DNA of 64,000 nucleotides from Eledone cirrhosa (lineage: Eukaryota), in NCBI GenBank assembly GCA_964016885.1, contig OZ024754.1, positions 9,486,001-9,550,000 of the forward strand. The letters run 5' to 3'. Below are positions 1-11,850 of the stretch, one piece after another; position 1 is the first letter of the stretch; the number at the start of each line of letters is the position of its first letter. The notes below the pieces were generated by a model. It was not told the origin of the DNA. It did not search any database and worked only from the letters and a program-made list of their open reading frames with translations. The position numbers and the translations under genes were made by a program.

Positions 1-2565
1 TGGTTCTGGGGTGCTACATGCTGGTTCTGGGATGTTACATGCTGGTTCTGGGGTGCTACATGCTGGTTCTGGGGTGCTACATGCTGGTTCTGGGGTGCTA
101 CATGCTGGTTCTGGGATGTTACATGCTGGTTCTGGGGTGCTACATGCTGGTTCTGGGGTGCTACATGCTGGTTCTGGGGTGCTACATGCTGGTTCTGGGG
201 TGCTACATGCTGGTTCTGGGGTGCTACATGCTGGTTCTGGGATGTTACATGCTGGTTCTGGGGTGCTACATGCTGGTTCTGGGATGTTACATGCTGGTTC
301 TGGGGTGCTACATGCTGGTTCTGGGGTGCTACATGCTGGTTCTGGGGTGCTACATGCTGGTTCTGGGGTGCTACATGCTGGTTCTGGGGTGCTACATGCT
401 GGTTCTGGGGTACTACATGCTGGTTCTGGGATGCTACATGCTGGTTCTGGGGTGCTACATGCTGGTTCTGGGGTGCTACATGCTGGTTCTGGGATGTTAC
501 ATGCTGGTTCTGGGGTGCTACATGCTGGTTCTGGGATGTTACATGCTGGTTCTGGGGTGCTACATGCTGGTTCTGGGGTGCTACATGCTGGTTCTGGGGT
601 GCTACATGCTGGTTCTGGGGTGCTACATGCTGGTTCTGGGGTGCTACATGCTGGTTCTGGGGTGCTACATGCTGGTTCTGGGATGTTACATGCTGGTTCT
701 GGGGTGCTACATGCTGGTTCTGGGATGTTACATGCTGGTTCTGGGGTGCTACATGCTGGTTCTGGGGTGCTACATGCTGGTTCTGGGGTGCTACATGCTG
801 GTTCTGGGGTGCTACATGCTGGTTCTGGGGTGCTACATGCTGGTTCTGGGGTGCTACATGCTGGTTCTGGGGTGCTACATGCTGGTTCTGGGGTGCTACA
901 TGCTGGTTCTGGGGTGTTACATGCTGGTTCTGGGGTGCTACATGCTGGTTCTGGGGTGCTACATGCTGGTTCTGGGGTGCTACATGCTGGTTCTGGGGTG
1001 CTACATGCTGGTTCTGGGATGTTACATGCTGGTTCTGGGGTGCTACATGCTGGTTCTGGGATGTTACATGCTGGTTCTGGGGTGCTACATGCTGGTTCTG
1101 GGATGTTACATGCTGGTTCTGGGGTGCTACATGCTGGTTCTGGGGTGCTACATGCTGGTTCTGGGATGCTACATGCTGGTTCTGGGATGTTACATGCTGG
1201 TTCTGGGGTGCTACATGCTGGTTCTGGGGTGCTACATGCTGGTTCTGGGATGCTACATGCTGGTTCTGGGGTGCTACATGCTGGTTCTGGGGTGCTACAT
1301 GCTGGTTCTGGGATGTTACATGCTGGTTCTGGGGTGCTACATGCTGGTTCTGGGGTGCTACATGCTGGTTCTGGGGTGCTACATGCTGGTTCTGGGGTGC
1401 TACATGCTGGTTCTGGGATGCTACATGCTGGTTCTGGGGTGCTACATGCTGGTTCTGGGATGCTACATGCTGGTTCTGGGGTGCTACATGCTGGTTCTGG
1501 GATGTTACATGCTGGTTCTGGGGTGCTACATGCTGGTTCTGGGGTGCTACATGCTGGTTCTGGGATGTTACATGCTGGTTCTGGGGTGCTACATGCTGGT
1601 TCTGGGGTGCTACATGCTGGATCTGGGATGCTACATGCTGGTTCTGGGGTGCTACATGCTGGTTCTGGGGTGCTACATGCTGGTTCTGGGATGTTACATG
1701 CTGGTTCTGGGGTGCTACATGCTGGTTCTGGGGTGCTACATGCTGGATCTGGGATGCTACATGCTGGTTCTGGGGTGCTACATGCTGGTTCTGGGATGTT
1801 ACATGCTGGTTCTGGGGTGCTACATGCTGGTTCTGGGGTGCTACATGCTGGTTCTGGGGTGCTACATGCTGGTTCTGGGATGTTACATGCTGGTTCTGGG
1901 GTGCTACATGCTGGTTCTGGGGTGCTACATGCTGGTTCTGGGGTGCTACATGCTGGTTCTGGGGTGCTACATGCTGGTTCTGGGATGTTACATGCTGGTT
2001 CTGGGGTGCTACATGCTGGTTCTGGGATGTTACATGCTGGTTCTGGGATGTTACATGCTGGTTCTGGGGTGCTACATGCTGGTTCTGGGGTGCTACATGC
2101 TGGTTCTGGGATGCTACATGCTGGTTCTGGGGTGCTACATGCTGGTTCTGGGGTGCTACATGCTGGTTCTGGGGTGCTACATGCTGGTTCTGGGATGCTA
2201 CATGCTGGTTCTGGGGTGCTACATGCTGGTTCTGGGGTGCTACATGCTGGTTATGGGATGCTACATGCTGGTTATGGGCTGCTACATGCTGGTTCTGGGA
2301 TGTTACATGCTGGTTCTGGGGTGCTACATGCTGGTTCTGGGGTGCTACATGCTGGTTATGGGATGCTACATGCTGGTTCTGGGGTGCTACATGCTGGTTC
2401 TGGGGTGCTACATGCTGGTTATGGGGTGCTACATGCTGGTTCTGGGATGTTACATGCTGGTTCTGGGGTGCTACATGCTGGTTCTGGGGTGCTACATGCT
2501 GGTTATGGGATGCTACATGCTGGTTCTGGGGTGCTACATGCTGGTTCTGGGGTGCTACATGCTGG
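1..2565 (+). repeat. 21-bp minisatellite (GTGCTACATGCTGGTTCTGGG)n, ~120 copies, truncated by window start
   Basis: Directly visible 21-bp period with a few recurring variants (GGGTG/GGATG, CTA/TTA, TCT/TAT). The VLHAGSG and MLVLGCY ORFs are its frames. Confidence 0.98.
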
Positions 2566-2715
2566 AACCCCTTTTCTAGTGGCCCCCTGGTGCATTTGGC
2601 TACCGGTCCAGGCTTCTCTGTCCACCGGACCAAATAGGGTCAACTGTCCAAGTATTATCCCCTCTCTGATAGGTTTGTGGTAGAGCCTGTAGCAGTGGAG
2701 ACCTCTGGTGTGCAG
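2548..2715 (+). mobile_element. CRE-like non-LTR retrotransposon fragment (restriction-like endonuclease C-terminal region), degenerate
   Basis: Manual translation gives W(G/D)ATCWNPFSSGPLVHLATGPGFSVHRTK*GQLSKYYPLSDRFVVEPVAVETSGV. This is homologous to 62110-62392 and 63548-63800, and the WDATC...K..KY...P.AVET.G pattern is typical of CRE-clade RLE domains. Confidence 0.7.
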
Positions 2716-2869
2716 CATAAAACAAGGGCCCTTCTTTTACAGCAGAAAATCAAGCCAATATCCTACCTACTGAATGGGGTACCATTCTGCTTTCACAGAA
2801 TTGGAAAAGTACTTTTTTTCTTTGACAATTTATTGTCATTAGTTTTAGAGTATTAAAATTCATTATTTA

Positions 2870-2969
2870 CATGTTATATATACCTCTATATATTGTATAT
2901 ATATACCTCTATATACTGTGTGTATATATATATATACCTCTATATATTGTATATATATACCTCTATATA

Positions 2970-3013
<44 letters not shown>

Positions 3014-3474
3014 ATATATCTCTATATATATACCTCTAAATATTGTATATATATATATACATCTATATACTGTGTATATATACCTCTATATATTGTATAT
3101 ATATACCTCTATATATTGTATATATATACCTCTATATACTGTATATATATATATATATATATACCTCAATATATTGTATATATATATATACCTCTAAATA
3201 TTGTATATATATATATACCTCTATATACTGTGTATATATACCTCTATATATACCTCTATATATTGTATATATATACCTCTATATACTGTATATATATATA
3301 TATATATACCTCTATATACTGTATATATATACCTCTATATACTGTATATATATACCTCTATATATTGTATATATATATATACCTCCATATACTGTGTATA
3401 TATATATATATACCTCTATATACATATATATATACCTCGATATACTGTGTATATATATATATACCTCTATATAC

Positions 3475-3525
<51 letters not shown>

Positions 3526-3704
3526 CTATATACTATATATATATACCTCTATATATTGTATATATATATACCTCTATATACTGTATATATATATATATAT
3601 ATATACTTCTATATACTGTATATATATATATACATACCTCTATATATTGTATATATACATATACATACCTCTATATATTGTATATATACATATACCTCTA
3701 TATA

Positions 3705-3738
<34 letters not shown>

Positions 3739-3900
3739 CTATATACTGTATATATATATATACCTCTATATATTGTATATATATACCTCTCTTCCATGTT
3801 ATATATACCTCTGTATACTGTATATATCTGTATATATATATATACCTCTATTCCATGTTATATATACCCCTGTATACTGTATATATATCATTGCTTTATA
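2870..3900. repeat. (TA)n-rich compound microsatellite with recurring TACCTC/TACTG units
   Basis: Directly visible. Confidence 0.95.
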
Positions 3901-3919
3901 TCTGGAGATCTCTCTGCAC

Positions 3920-4103
3920 TTGTCGTCACATGGTACCATGGGCCCAGCACTATGTGTCAATAATTGTCACAAGTGTAGTGTTTGTACCAGAGTTTTCATG
4001 TCGCTGGCTGGACTAAAAAGTCACACTCGTTCAGCGCATCGGTAGGGGTTCTCCTACATGGATATAAAGTAGTGGCCGTACTCGAAAACGAGTTGGCAGC
4101 CAC
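3920..4103 (+). mobile_element. 3' end of a C2H2-zinc-finger-tailed LINE (RTE-like family Z)
   Basis: Encodes CSVCTRVFMSLAGLKSHTRSAH*. It ends in the stem-loop GTGGCCGTACTCGAAAACGAGTTGGCAGCCAC, then (TA)n. The same terminus occurs at ~17842, ~26540 and ~32208 on the minus strand. Confidence 0.6.
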
Positions 4104-4165
4104 CATATATATGTATATATATATATATATATGTATATATATGTATATATATATATATATGTATA

Positions 4166-4208
<43 letters not shown>

Positions 4209-4216
4209 TTATATAT

Positions 4217-4403
4217 GGTAGAGGTAGACCACGAAAAACATGGGCGGAGGTGGTGAGAACAGACCTCAGATCATTGAAGCTCACGGTGGAGATGACTAGG
4301 GACCGTGACGAGTGGAGAGATGCTGTGCTGAATAAGACCCGTCCCACCCTTGCAAGCAGGGAAAAGCGGACGTAAAATGATGATGATGATGATGATGATG
4401 ATG
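4217..4403 (+). mobile_element. 5'-truncated RTE LINE 3' fragment with (GAT)n tail
   Basis: Encodes the RTE C-terminus [17 protein letters not shown]...DRDEWRDAV. The tail is GCGGACGTAAAA(TGA)n, and both sides are flanked by TA-rich microsatellite. Confidence 0.85.
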
Positions 4404-4514
4404 ATATATATATATGTATATATATGTATATGTATATATATGTATATGTATATATATATGTATATGTATATGTATATATATGTATATGTATATATATGTA
4501 TATGTATATATGTA

Positions 4515-7500
4515 TACCATAAATGTAGGCACCCTAAAGGGTCGCGCTAACGAGGTTGTAGAAATGCTTGAACGTAAGGAGGTCGATGTTTGTTGTATTC
4601 AAGAGACCAGGTGGAGGGGTGGGTCTGCTAGGTTCATTGAGGGTAAAAAACGATGTTATAAGCTTTTCTGGGTGGGAAACGACGATGGGCTGGGTGGAGT
4701 AGGAATCATGGTAGCAGAAAAGTGGGCAGATAAGATAATAGACGTAAATAGAGTGAACGACAGAATAATTAAAATACGACTTGTCCTCAATAGAACTACG
4801 GTGACAGTAATATCTGCGTACGCACCCCAATCCGGACTGCCCGGCACTATAAAAGACAGATTCTATGAGACACTGATGCTAACTACCTCCCAAATATCCG
4901 ACAGTGACTATATAATTATCGCAGGCGACCTAAATGGTCACGTTGGACAACATTGTGACGGCTACGACGAAATCCATGGAGGCTATGGGTTTGGTACTAG
5001 AAATGAGGAAGGCGCCAGAATCCTGGAATTCTGTGATGCAAATAACCTAACTATCTGTAACACTAACTTCAAAAAACGTGACAATCACCTGATCACCTAT
5101 AGATCCGGGGAACACACAAGCCAGGTAGATTATATCCTTACCAGAAGACGTGACAGAGTGTCTGTTGTTAACACTAAATCCCTCCCCCATGAAGAATGCA
5201 CCTCCCAACATAGACTGATAATTAGCGACCTCATAGTCAGGACGAGACGTACTCGACAACAGAAGAGGACTATCCTCAGGAGGAAAATATGGAAGCTAAA
5301 GGACCCCACAGCCAGGAATAAATTTCAAAGCATATTACTTGATGCTTTCGACAGTAAGGAAGAACATTTAGAGTCGGACAATATAGAGGGAGAGTGGGAA
5401 TTTCTGAAAGCAAACCTGCTGTTGGCGACAGACGAGGTCTGTGGCTGGAGCAGGCCTGTAGGCAGGAGGAGAGTAACATGGTGGTGGAACAGTAAGGTGG
5501 AGGGGTCAATTAAGGCCAAAAAGCAGGCTTGGAAAGTATGGCGGGATGGGGGAAGTAGAGAGGACTATCAAGTGGCCAGGAGGGAAGCTAGGAGACAAGT
5601 GTACTTAGCAAGAAGGGAAGCTGAGGAAAGAAAGTTCAAGCATGTTCTACAACGCGATGACCAAAAACGTGAGGTGTTCAGGATTGCTAGGCAATGCGTC
5701 AAGGAAAACCGTGATATTGTCGGGGAGAAGTGTGTACTAAACGACGATGGCACACTTGCCATCACCGACGCTGATAAGAAGGTAGCTTGGAAGTGTCACT
5801 ATGAAAGGCTACTAAATGAGGAGAATAATTGGGAGAAAGGCAGTCTCCCCCATATCGACCCAATAGAGGGACCAGCAGTGTTAGTCGAGGGGAGTATAAT
5901 AAGTAAGGCAATCAAGGATATGAAGACTGGTAAGGCGGCTGGGCCTTCGGAAATAGTTGCTGAGATGCTGAAGGCATCTGGCACGGTGGGACACACCATG
6001 GTCACCCGCATAGTTAACCAAGTCGTACAGAATGGGGTTGTTCCGAAGGACTGGCATAGCAGCATCATCGTTAACTGTTATAAGGGTAAAGGAGACGCCC
6101 TAGATAGGAGTAACTATAGAGGCATTAAATTAATCGACCAGGTCATGAAGGTCACGGAAAAAGTAATAGCGCAACTAATCAGAGAGAGAATTGACCTAGA
6201 TGAAATGCAGTTCGGGTTTGTGTCAGGCAAAAGTACCACAGACGCTCTTTTCATAGTACGACAACTACAGGAGAAGTACCTAGCTAAAGGTAAACCCCTC
6301 TACTTAGCTTTTGTCGACTTGGAGAAAGCCTTCGACAGAGTCCCCCGCTCCATTATCTGGTGGGCTCTTAGAAAACTAGGCGTTGACGAATGGCTTGTGA
6401 GGGCTATACAAGCCATGTATAAAGAAACAGTCAGCAAGGTTAGAATTAACAACGAATATAGTGAAGAGTTTAGCGTAAAAGTTGGCGTCCATCAGGGCTC
6501 TGTTCTCAGTCCACTACTATTTATTATTGCCCTTCAGGCTATAACAGAGGAGTTCAAGACAGGCTGCCCATGGGAACTCCTATACGCAGACGACCTGACA
6601 CTCATAGCGGAATCAATGGCCGAGCTAGAGAAGAAATTCCAAACATGGAAGCACGGCCTAGAGTCAAAAGGACTTAAAATTAACCTGGCTAAGACCAAAG
6701 TACTAGTTTGTAGGAAAGAAAACAAGGCGGCGGTCCCTTCTGGGAAATGGTCGTGCTCGGTGTGTAGGAAAGGCGTAGGTAGAAACTCCATTTTATGTCC
6801 TAAATGCAAAGTATGGGTGCATAAAAGATGTAGTGGGATCACAGGTAAGCTAACTAAGAACATAGATTTTACATGTGGCCGGTGCTCTGGTGCAATAAGT
6901 AGCAGCAAGTGCCCACAAACTACTAGCTCTTTCAATTGCGCAGAGGGTTCTTTAGAAATAGTGGACAGCTTCCGTTACCTGGGCGATAAAATCAGCAGTG
7001 GGGGAGGGTGCTCTGAAAGTACTGTAGCTAGAGTCAGAACTGGTTGGAAAAAGTTCAGAGAGCTTATACCACTATTAGCTGCTAAAGGGTTCTCACTAAA
7101 AATGAAAGGCAGGTTGTACGATGCCTGCATACGAACAGCAATGCTGCATGGCAGTGAGACCTGGGCATTGTGTGCAGAGGATATACGCAGACTAGAGAGG
7201 AACGAAGCTTGCATGCTCCGCTGGATGTGTAACAGTAATATACGTGAACGGCAAAGCATAAACGAACTAAGGAAAAAAATTAGAGATAAGAGGGATCAGA
7301 TGTTGTTTACTCGAGAGAAGGCTACGTTGGTATGGACACATGATGCGCATGAAAGTCGATAGCTGTATAACAAAGTGCAGGGCAATAAAGATAGACGGTA
7401 GTCACGGAATAGGCAGACCTAGAAAAACCTGGGACGAGCTGATAAACTCCGACATCACACACTTACACCTCTCCAAGACAATGTCACTGGACCGAGACCT

Positions 7501-7540
7501 TTGGCGGTACTCAGTAACAGAGAAGACCCGCCTTACCTAA
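4515..7540 (+). CDS. RTE polyprotein: AP endonuclease, reverse transcriptase, PHD-type finger. 5' end missing; one extra base in the A-run at 7273-7279
   Basis: APE motifs are [29 protein letters not shown] and SQHR. RT motifs are [36 protein letters not shown] (6583) and FRYLG. Removing one A joins ORF 4414..7362 to 7340..7540 (…[13 protein letters not shown]…GRPRKTW). The track's Met at 4414 is microsatellite, not the real start. Confidence 0.9.
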
Positions 7541-7916
7541 ATATATAGTAAAACCTACTCCAGCCAGTAGGCATCTCTAACAAAATACACCCCGTCCCAC
7601 CACCACCACCCCCACCCGATCCACACCACCCCGTTCTATGTAAAGTTATGTTGGTGCCGCGCCATCGAGGCCGAAACAAATGAGATCGTGTAGGTGTCAC
7701 GACAAAAAAACACACAGTCCACGCTGTAATGTGGCCGTGTAGGCAACACGGTAAAAACCTCCCAGACCCACACTGTAAATGTGGTTGGTGTTAGGAAGGG
7801 CATCCAACTGTAGAAAACCTGCCAGACAGTCCTATGCGAGCAAGACAATCACTCTTGCCTCAAGTGGGACTACCCCCGTCCAAGACGTTAAACGTTGATG
7901 ATGATGATGATGATGA
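4515..7916 (+). mobile_element. Near-full-length RTE-clade LINE (APE + RT with inserted PHD finger), ~375-bp 3' UTR and (GAT)n tail
   Basis: Starts at TINVGTL (APE motif I) directly after a TA microsatellite. It ends GACGTTAAACGTT(GAT)n followed by (TA)n. Confidence 0.95.
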
Positions 7917-8109
7917 TATATATATATATGTATATATGTATATGTATATATATATATATGTATATATGTATTTATGTATATATGTGTATATATATACATA
8001 TATATATGCATATATATAAATATATACATACATATATATACATACACATATACATACATATATATACATATATATACATATACATATACATATATATACA
8101 TATATATAC

Positions 8110-8148
<39 letters not shown>

Positions 8149-9151
8149 TCTATATAAATGTATTTTGATAGGTTTTTTTTTTTTACATGTTATACATTTT
8201 TTTTCTCCAATGCTGGTTTCGTAAATTTAGATATTTACCTACATTGTTGGATCAAGAGAGTTACAGATGAGTGCTTGTTCCCACATTCAGCCAGTCAACT
8301 ATAAAATAGTTGGACCTATTTGTATCTAAGTGGACTGAGGCGTAAGGTAATATATTAAAAATTGCACAACATTCATTTATTTTTCAACTGACTCTATTTT
8401 TCTTTAATAAAAGACCGAATGAAGGCATCACGTTCTTCAATATATTGTACTAACACAAGAAAATATACACTAGAAAATATATAAATATAGGTGTGTGTGT
8501 GTGTGTGTATGTGTGTGTACAGTGTGTGTGTGTATTGGTGTGCATGTGCGTGTTTTTGCAGTGTGCGTATGTTTTTACAGTGTGTGTATGTATGCATGTG
8601 TGTGTTTGCGTGTGTGAGTGTGTTTGCGTGTGTGTTTGTGTGTGCATATACGTGTGTGTTTACAATGTGTGTGTTTGTGTATATACGTGTGTGTTTACAA
8701 TGTGTGAGTGTGTGTGTTTGTGTATATACGTGTGTGTTTACAATGTGTGAGTGTGTGTGTGAGTGTTTTGTGTGTGTGCATATACGTGTGTGTTTACAAT
8801 GTGTGTGTGTGAGTGTGTGTGCGTGTGCGTGTGTGTTTGTGTATATACGTGTGTGTTTACAATGTGTGAGTGTTTGCGTGTGTGTGAGTGTGTTTGTGTG
8901 TGTGCATATGCGTGTGTGTTTACAATGTGTGAGTGTGTTTGCGTGTGTGTAAGTGTGTTTGCGTGAGTGTGAGTGTGTGTGTGTGTGCATATATGTGTGT
9001 GTTTACAATGTGTATGTGTGTGTGTGTGTATCCGTCTGTGTTTGTGTGCATGTGTGTGTGTTTGTGTACATGTGTGCGTGTGCATGTGTTTGTATGTGCG
9101 TTTACTGTGTGTGAGTGTGTGCGTGCATATGTTTGTGTGCATGTGTGCGTT

Positions 9152-9183
<32 letters not shown>

Positions 9184-9695
9184 CATGAGTATTTACAGTG
9201 TGCATGTGTATATGTGTTTACAGTATGCGTGTACATGTGTGTTACAGTGTGTGTGTGTACATGTGTTATAGTGTGTGTACATGTGTGTTACAGTATGTGT
9301 GTACATGTGTGTTACAGTGTGTGTGTACATGTGTGTTACAGTGTGTGTGTGCATGTGTTATAGTGTGTGTGTACATGTGTTACAGTGTGTGTACATGTGT
9401 GTGAGAGTGCATGTATGTACATGTGTGTTACAGTGTGTGTGTACATGTGTGTTAGAGTGTGTGTGTGTGTGTGTGTACATGTGTGTTAGAGTGTGTGTGT
9501 GTGTGTGTGTGTACATGTGTGTTAGAGAGTGTGTGTGTGTGTGTGTGTGTGTACATGTGTGTTAGAGTGTGTGTGTGTGTGTGTGTGTACATGTGTTAGA
9601 GTGGGTGTGTGTATATGTGCGTTATAGTGTGTGTGTGTGTGTACATGTGTGTTAGAGTGTGTGTGTTATAGTGTGTGTGTGTGTGTGTGTGTGCG
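7917..9695. repeat. (TA/CA)n microsatellite (7917-8142) and (TG)n-rich compound repeat (8490-9695)
   Basis: Directly visible. Confidence 0.95.
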
Positions 9696-10034
9696 CGATC
9701 AAAAGTTGTAAACTTCAGCAAGAAGCTATAATCTCTTGGTTTATTTCTCCCATTGTTTTCCAGGCGAAAGGCTCCATCATTGTACATGGAGATATGTAAA
9801 CTATAGATTTATAACTTCTAGGATTTTTTGGTAGAACCAGAACTTTATTCCTCTTGTTGTTGTTGTTGTCGATGTCTATCCAAATTGATAAAGAATCAGA
9901 AAAGCTCAATATCAATCAGTGTGCTGACAATGGGATTTATAACACAAAGGGGGGAAACACAGGAAATCATGGATTTGAAACCAGGCAGAAGCCATTATTA
10001 TCTTTCGAGGTTAACTTTGCCTTTCATCCTTACG

Positions 10035-10706
10035 GGGTCGATAAAATAAAGTACCAGTAATGCACTGGGTAATTGCTGGCCTTGTGCCTAACGTAGAAAC
10101 AATTATTATCTTTCAAAAGGGTCGATAAAATAAAGTACCAGTAATACACTGGGTAATTGCTGGCCTTGTGCCTAACGTAGAAACAATTATTATCTTTCAA
10201 AAGGGTCGATAAAATAAAGTACCAGTAATACACTGGGTAATTGCTGGCCTTGTGCCTAACGTAGAAACAATTATTATCTTTCAAAAGGGTCGATAAAATA
10301 AAGTACCAGTAATACACTGGGTAATTGCTGGCCTTGTGCCTAACGTAGAAACAATTATTATCTTTCAAAAGGGTCAATAAAATAAAGTACCAGTAATACA
10401 CTGGGTAATTGCTGGCCTTGTGCCTAACGTAGAAACAATTATTATCTTTCAAAAGGGTCAATAAAATAAAGTACCAGTAATACACTGGGTAATTGCTGGC
10501 CTTGTGCCTAACGTAGAAACAATTATTATCTTTCAAAAGGGTCAATAAAATAAAGTACCAGTAATACACTGGGTAATTGCTGGCCTTGTGCCTAACGTAG
10601 AAACAATTATTATCTTTCAAAAGGGTCAATAAAATAAAGTACCAGTAATACACTGGGTAATTGCTGGCCTTGTGTCTAACGTAGAAACAATTATTATCTT
10701 TCAAAA
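10035..10706 (+). repeat. 84-bp tandem array (8 copies) made of the 3' half of SINE-A
   Basis: The unit GGGTCGATAAAATAAAGTACCAGTAAT...AGAAACAATTATTATCTTTCAAAA matches SINE-A 3' ends elsewhere. Confidence 0.95.
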
Positions 10707-11125
10707 GGGCGGTGGATTGGCAGAATCGGTAGAGCGTCGGAGACCATGCTTTGCAGCATAGAGTTGTGGCCCTTTATGATCTGAGTTCAAATCCCGCCGA
10801 GGTGAACTTTGCCTTTCATCCTTACGGGGTCGATAAAATAAAGTACCAGTAATGTACTGGAGTCTATTTAATCGACTTTCCCCTCCCCCAAAATTGCTGG
10901 CCTTGTGCCTATATAAGAAACCATTATCATCAGAGCGGTGGATTGGCAGAATCGGTAGAGGGTCGGATGCCATGCTTTGCAGCATAGAGTTACGGCCCTT
11001 TATAGTTTGAGTTCAAATCCCACCGAGGTTAATTTTGTCTTTCATCCTTACGGGGTCGATAAAATAAAGTACCAGTAATACACTGGGTAATTGCTGGCCT
11101 TGTGCCTAACGTAGAATCAATTATT
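10707..11125 (+). mobile_element. Two head-to-tail copies of tRNA-derived SINE-A
   Basis: A-box-like TGGCAGAATCGG (10718) and B-box GAGTTCAAATCC (10783). The conserved body is GCCTTTCATCCTTACGGGGTCGATAAAATAAAGTACC and the tail is ATT-rich. Confidence 0.85.
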
Positions 11126-11146
11126 ATTATCATCATCATCATCACT

Positions 11147-11850
11147 GAGTACCTTTTGTTGTGTCACCACCACGACCACTTTACAGGGTGGACTGGGTGC
11201 TTTTATGTCATGTCACCACCAAGACCACTTTACAGGGTGGACTGGGTGCCTTTTTGTCATGTCACCACCACGACCACCTTATAGGGTGACCTGGGTGCCT
11301 TTTTGTCATGTCACCACCACGACCACTTTACAGGGTGGACTGGGTGCTTTTATGTCATGTCACCACCACAACCACTTTACAGGGTGGACTGGGTGCTTTT
11401 ATGTCATGTCACCACCACGACCACTTTACAGGGTGGACTGGGTGCTTTTATGTCATGTCACCACCACCACGACCACTTTACAGGGTGGACTCGGTGCCTT
11501 TTTGTCATGTCACCACCACGACCACCTTATAGGGTGACCTGGGTGCCTTTTTGTCATGTCACCACCACGACCACCTTATAGGGTGGACTGGGTGCCTTTT
11601 TGTCATGTCACCACCACGACCACCTTATAGGGTGACCTGGGTGCCTTTTTGTCATGTCACCAGTATGAGCATCTTACATGGTGGACTAGGGACTTTTGCT
11701 GCATCACCATCATGACTACTGGCCTGATGAGCTTCCAGGCTCGAAACAGACTTAAAATACTCAAGAACACAACACTCTGCTAGGAATAGAAGTCATGACC
11801 TTATAATCACAATACAAACACATTACCCACTTAGCTATATACCTTCATAC
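11147..11850 (-). mobile_element. Antisense SINE-B-like element with an internal 49-bp tandem array (~11 copies, 11160-11700)
   Basis: The unit TGTCACCACCACGACCACTTTACAGGGTGGACTGGGTGCTTTTATGTCA is similar to the reverse complement of the SINE-B body and RTE 3' UTR. A decayed tRNA/CORE-like head lies at ~11760-11850. Confidence 0.7.

Noticed and set aside
11-2683. 890-aa VLHAGSG and 853-aa MLVLGCY ORFs as structural repeat proteins
   Set aside because: These are stop-free frames of a 21-bp minisatellite. The third frame links the unit to a decayed CRE-like element.
4414-4514. N-terminal 34 aa of the 982-aa ORF
   Set aside because: This is TA microsatellite read in frame by chance, not part of the RTE protein.
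7273-7279. Programmed ribosomal frameshift in the RTE ORF
   Set aside because: The copies at 21890 and 52170 lack the A-run, so it is a copy-specific indel or sequencing error.
10707-10800. tRNA genes at the A/B-box sites
   Set aside because: A-B spacing is too long, there is no cloverleaf, and each is followed by the SINE body. These are SINE heads.
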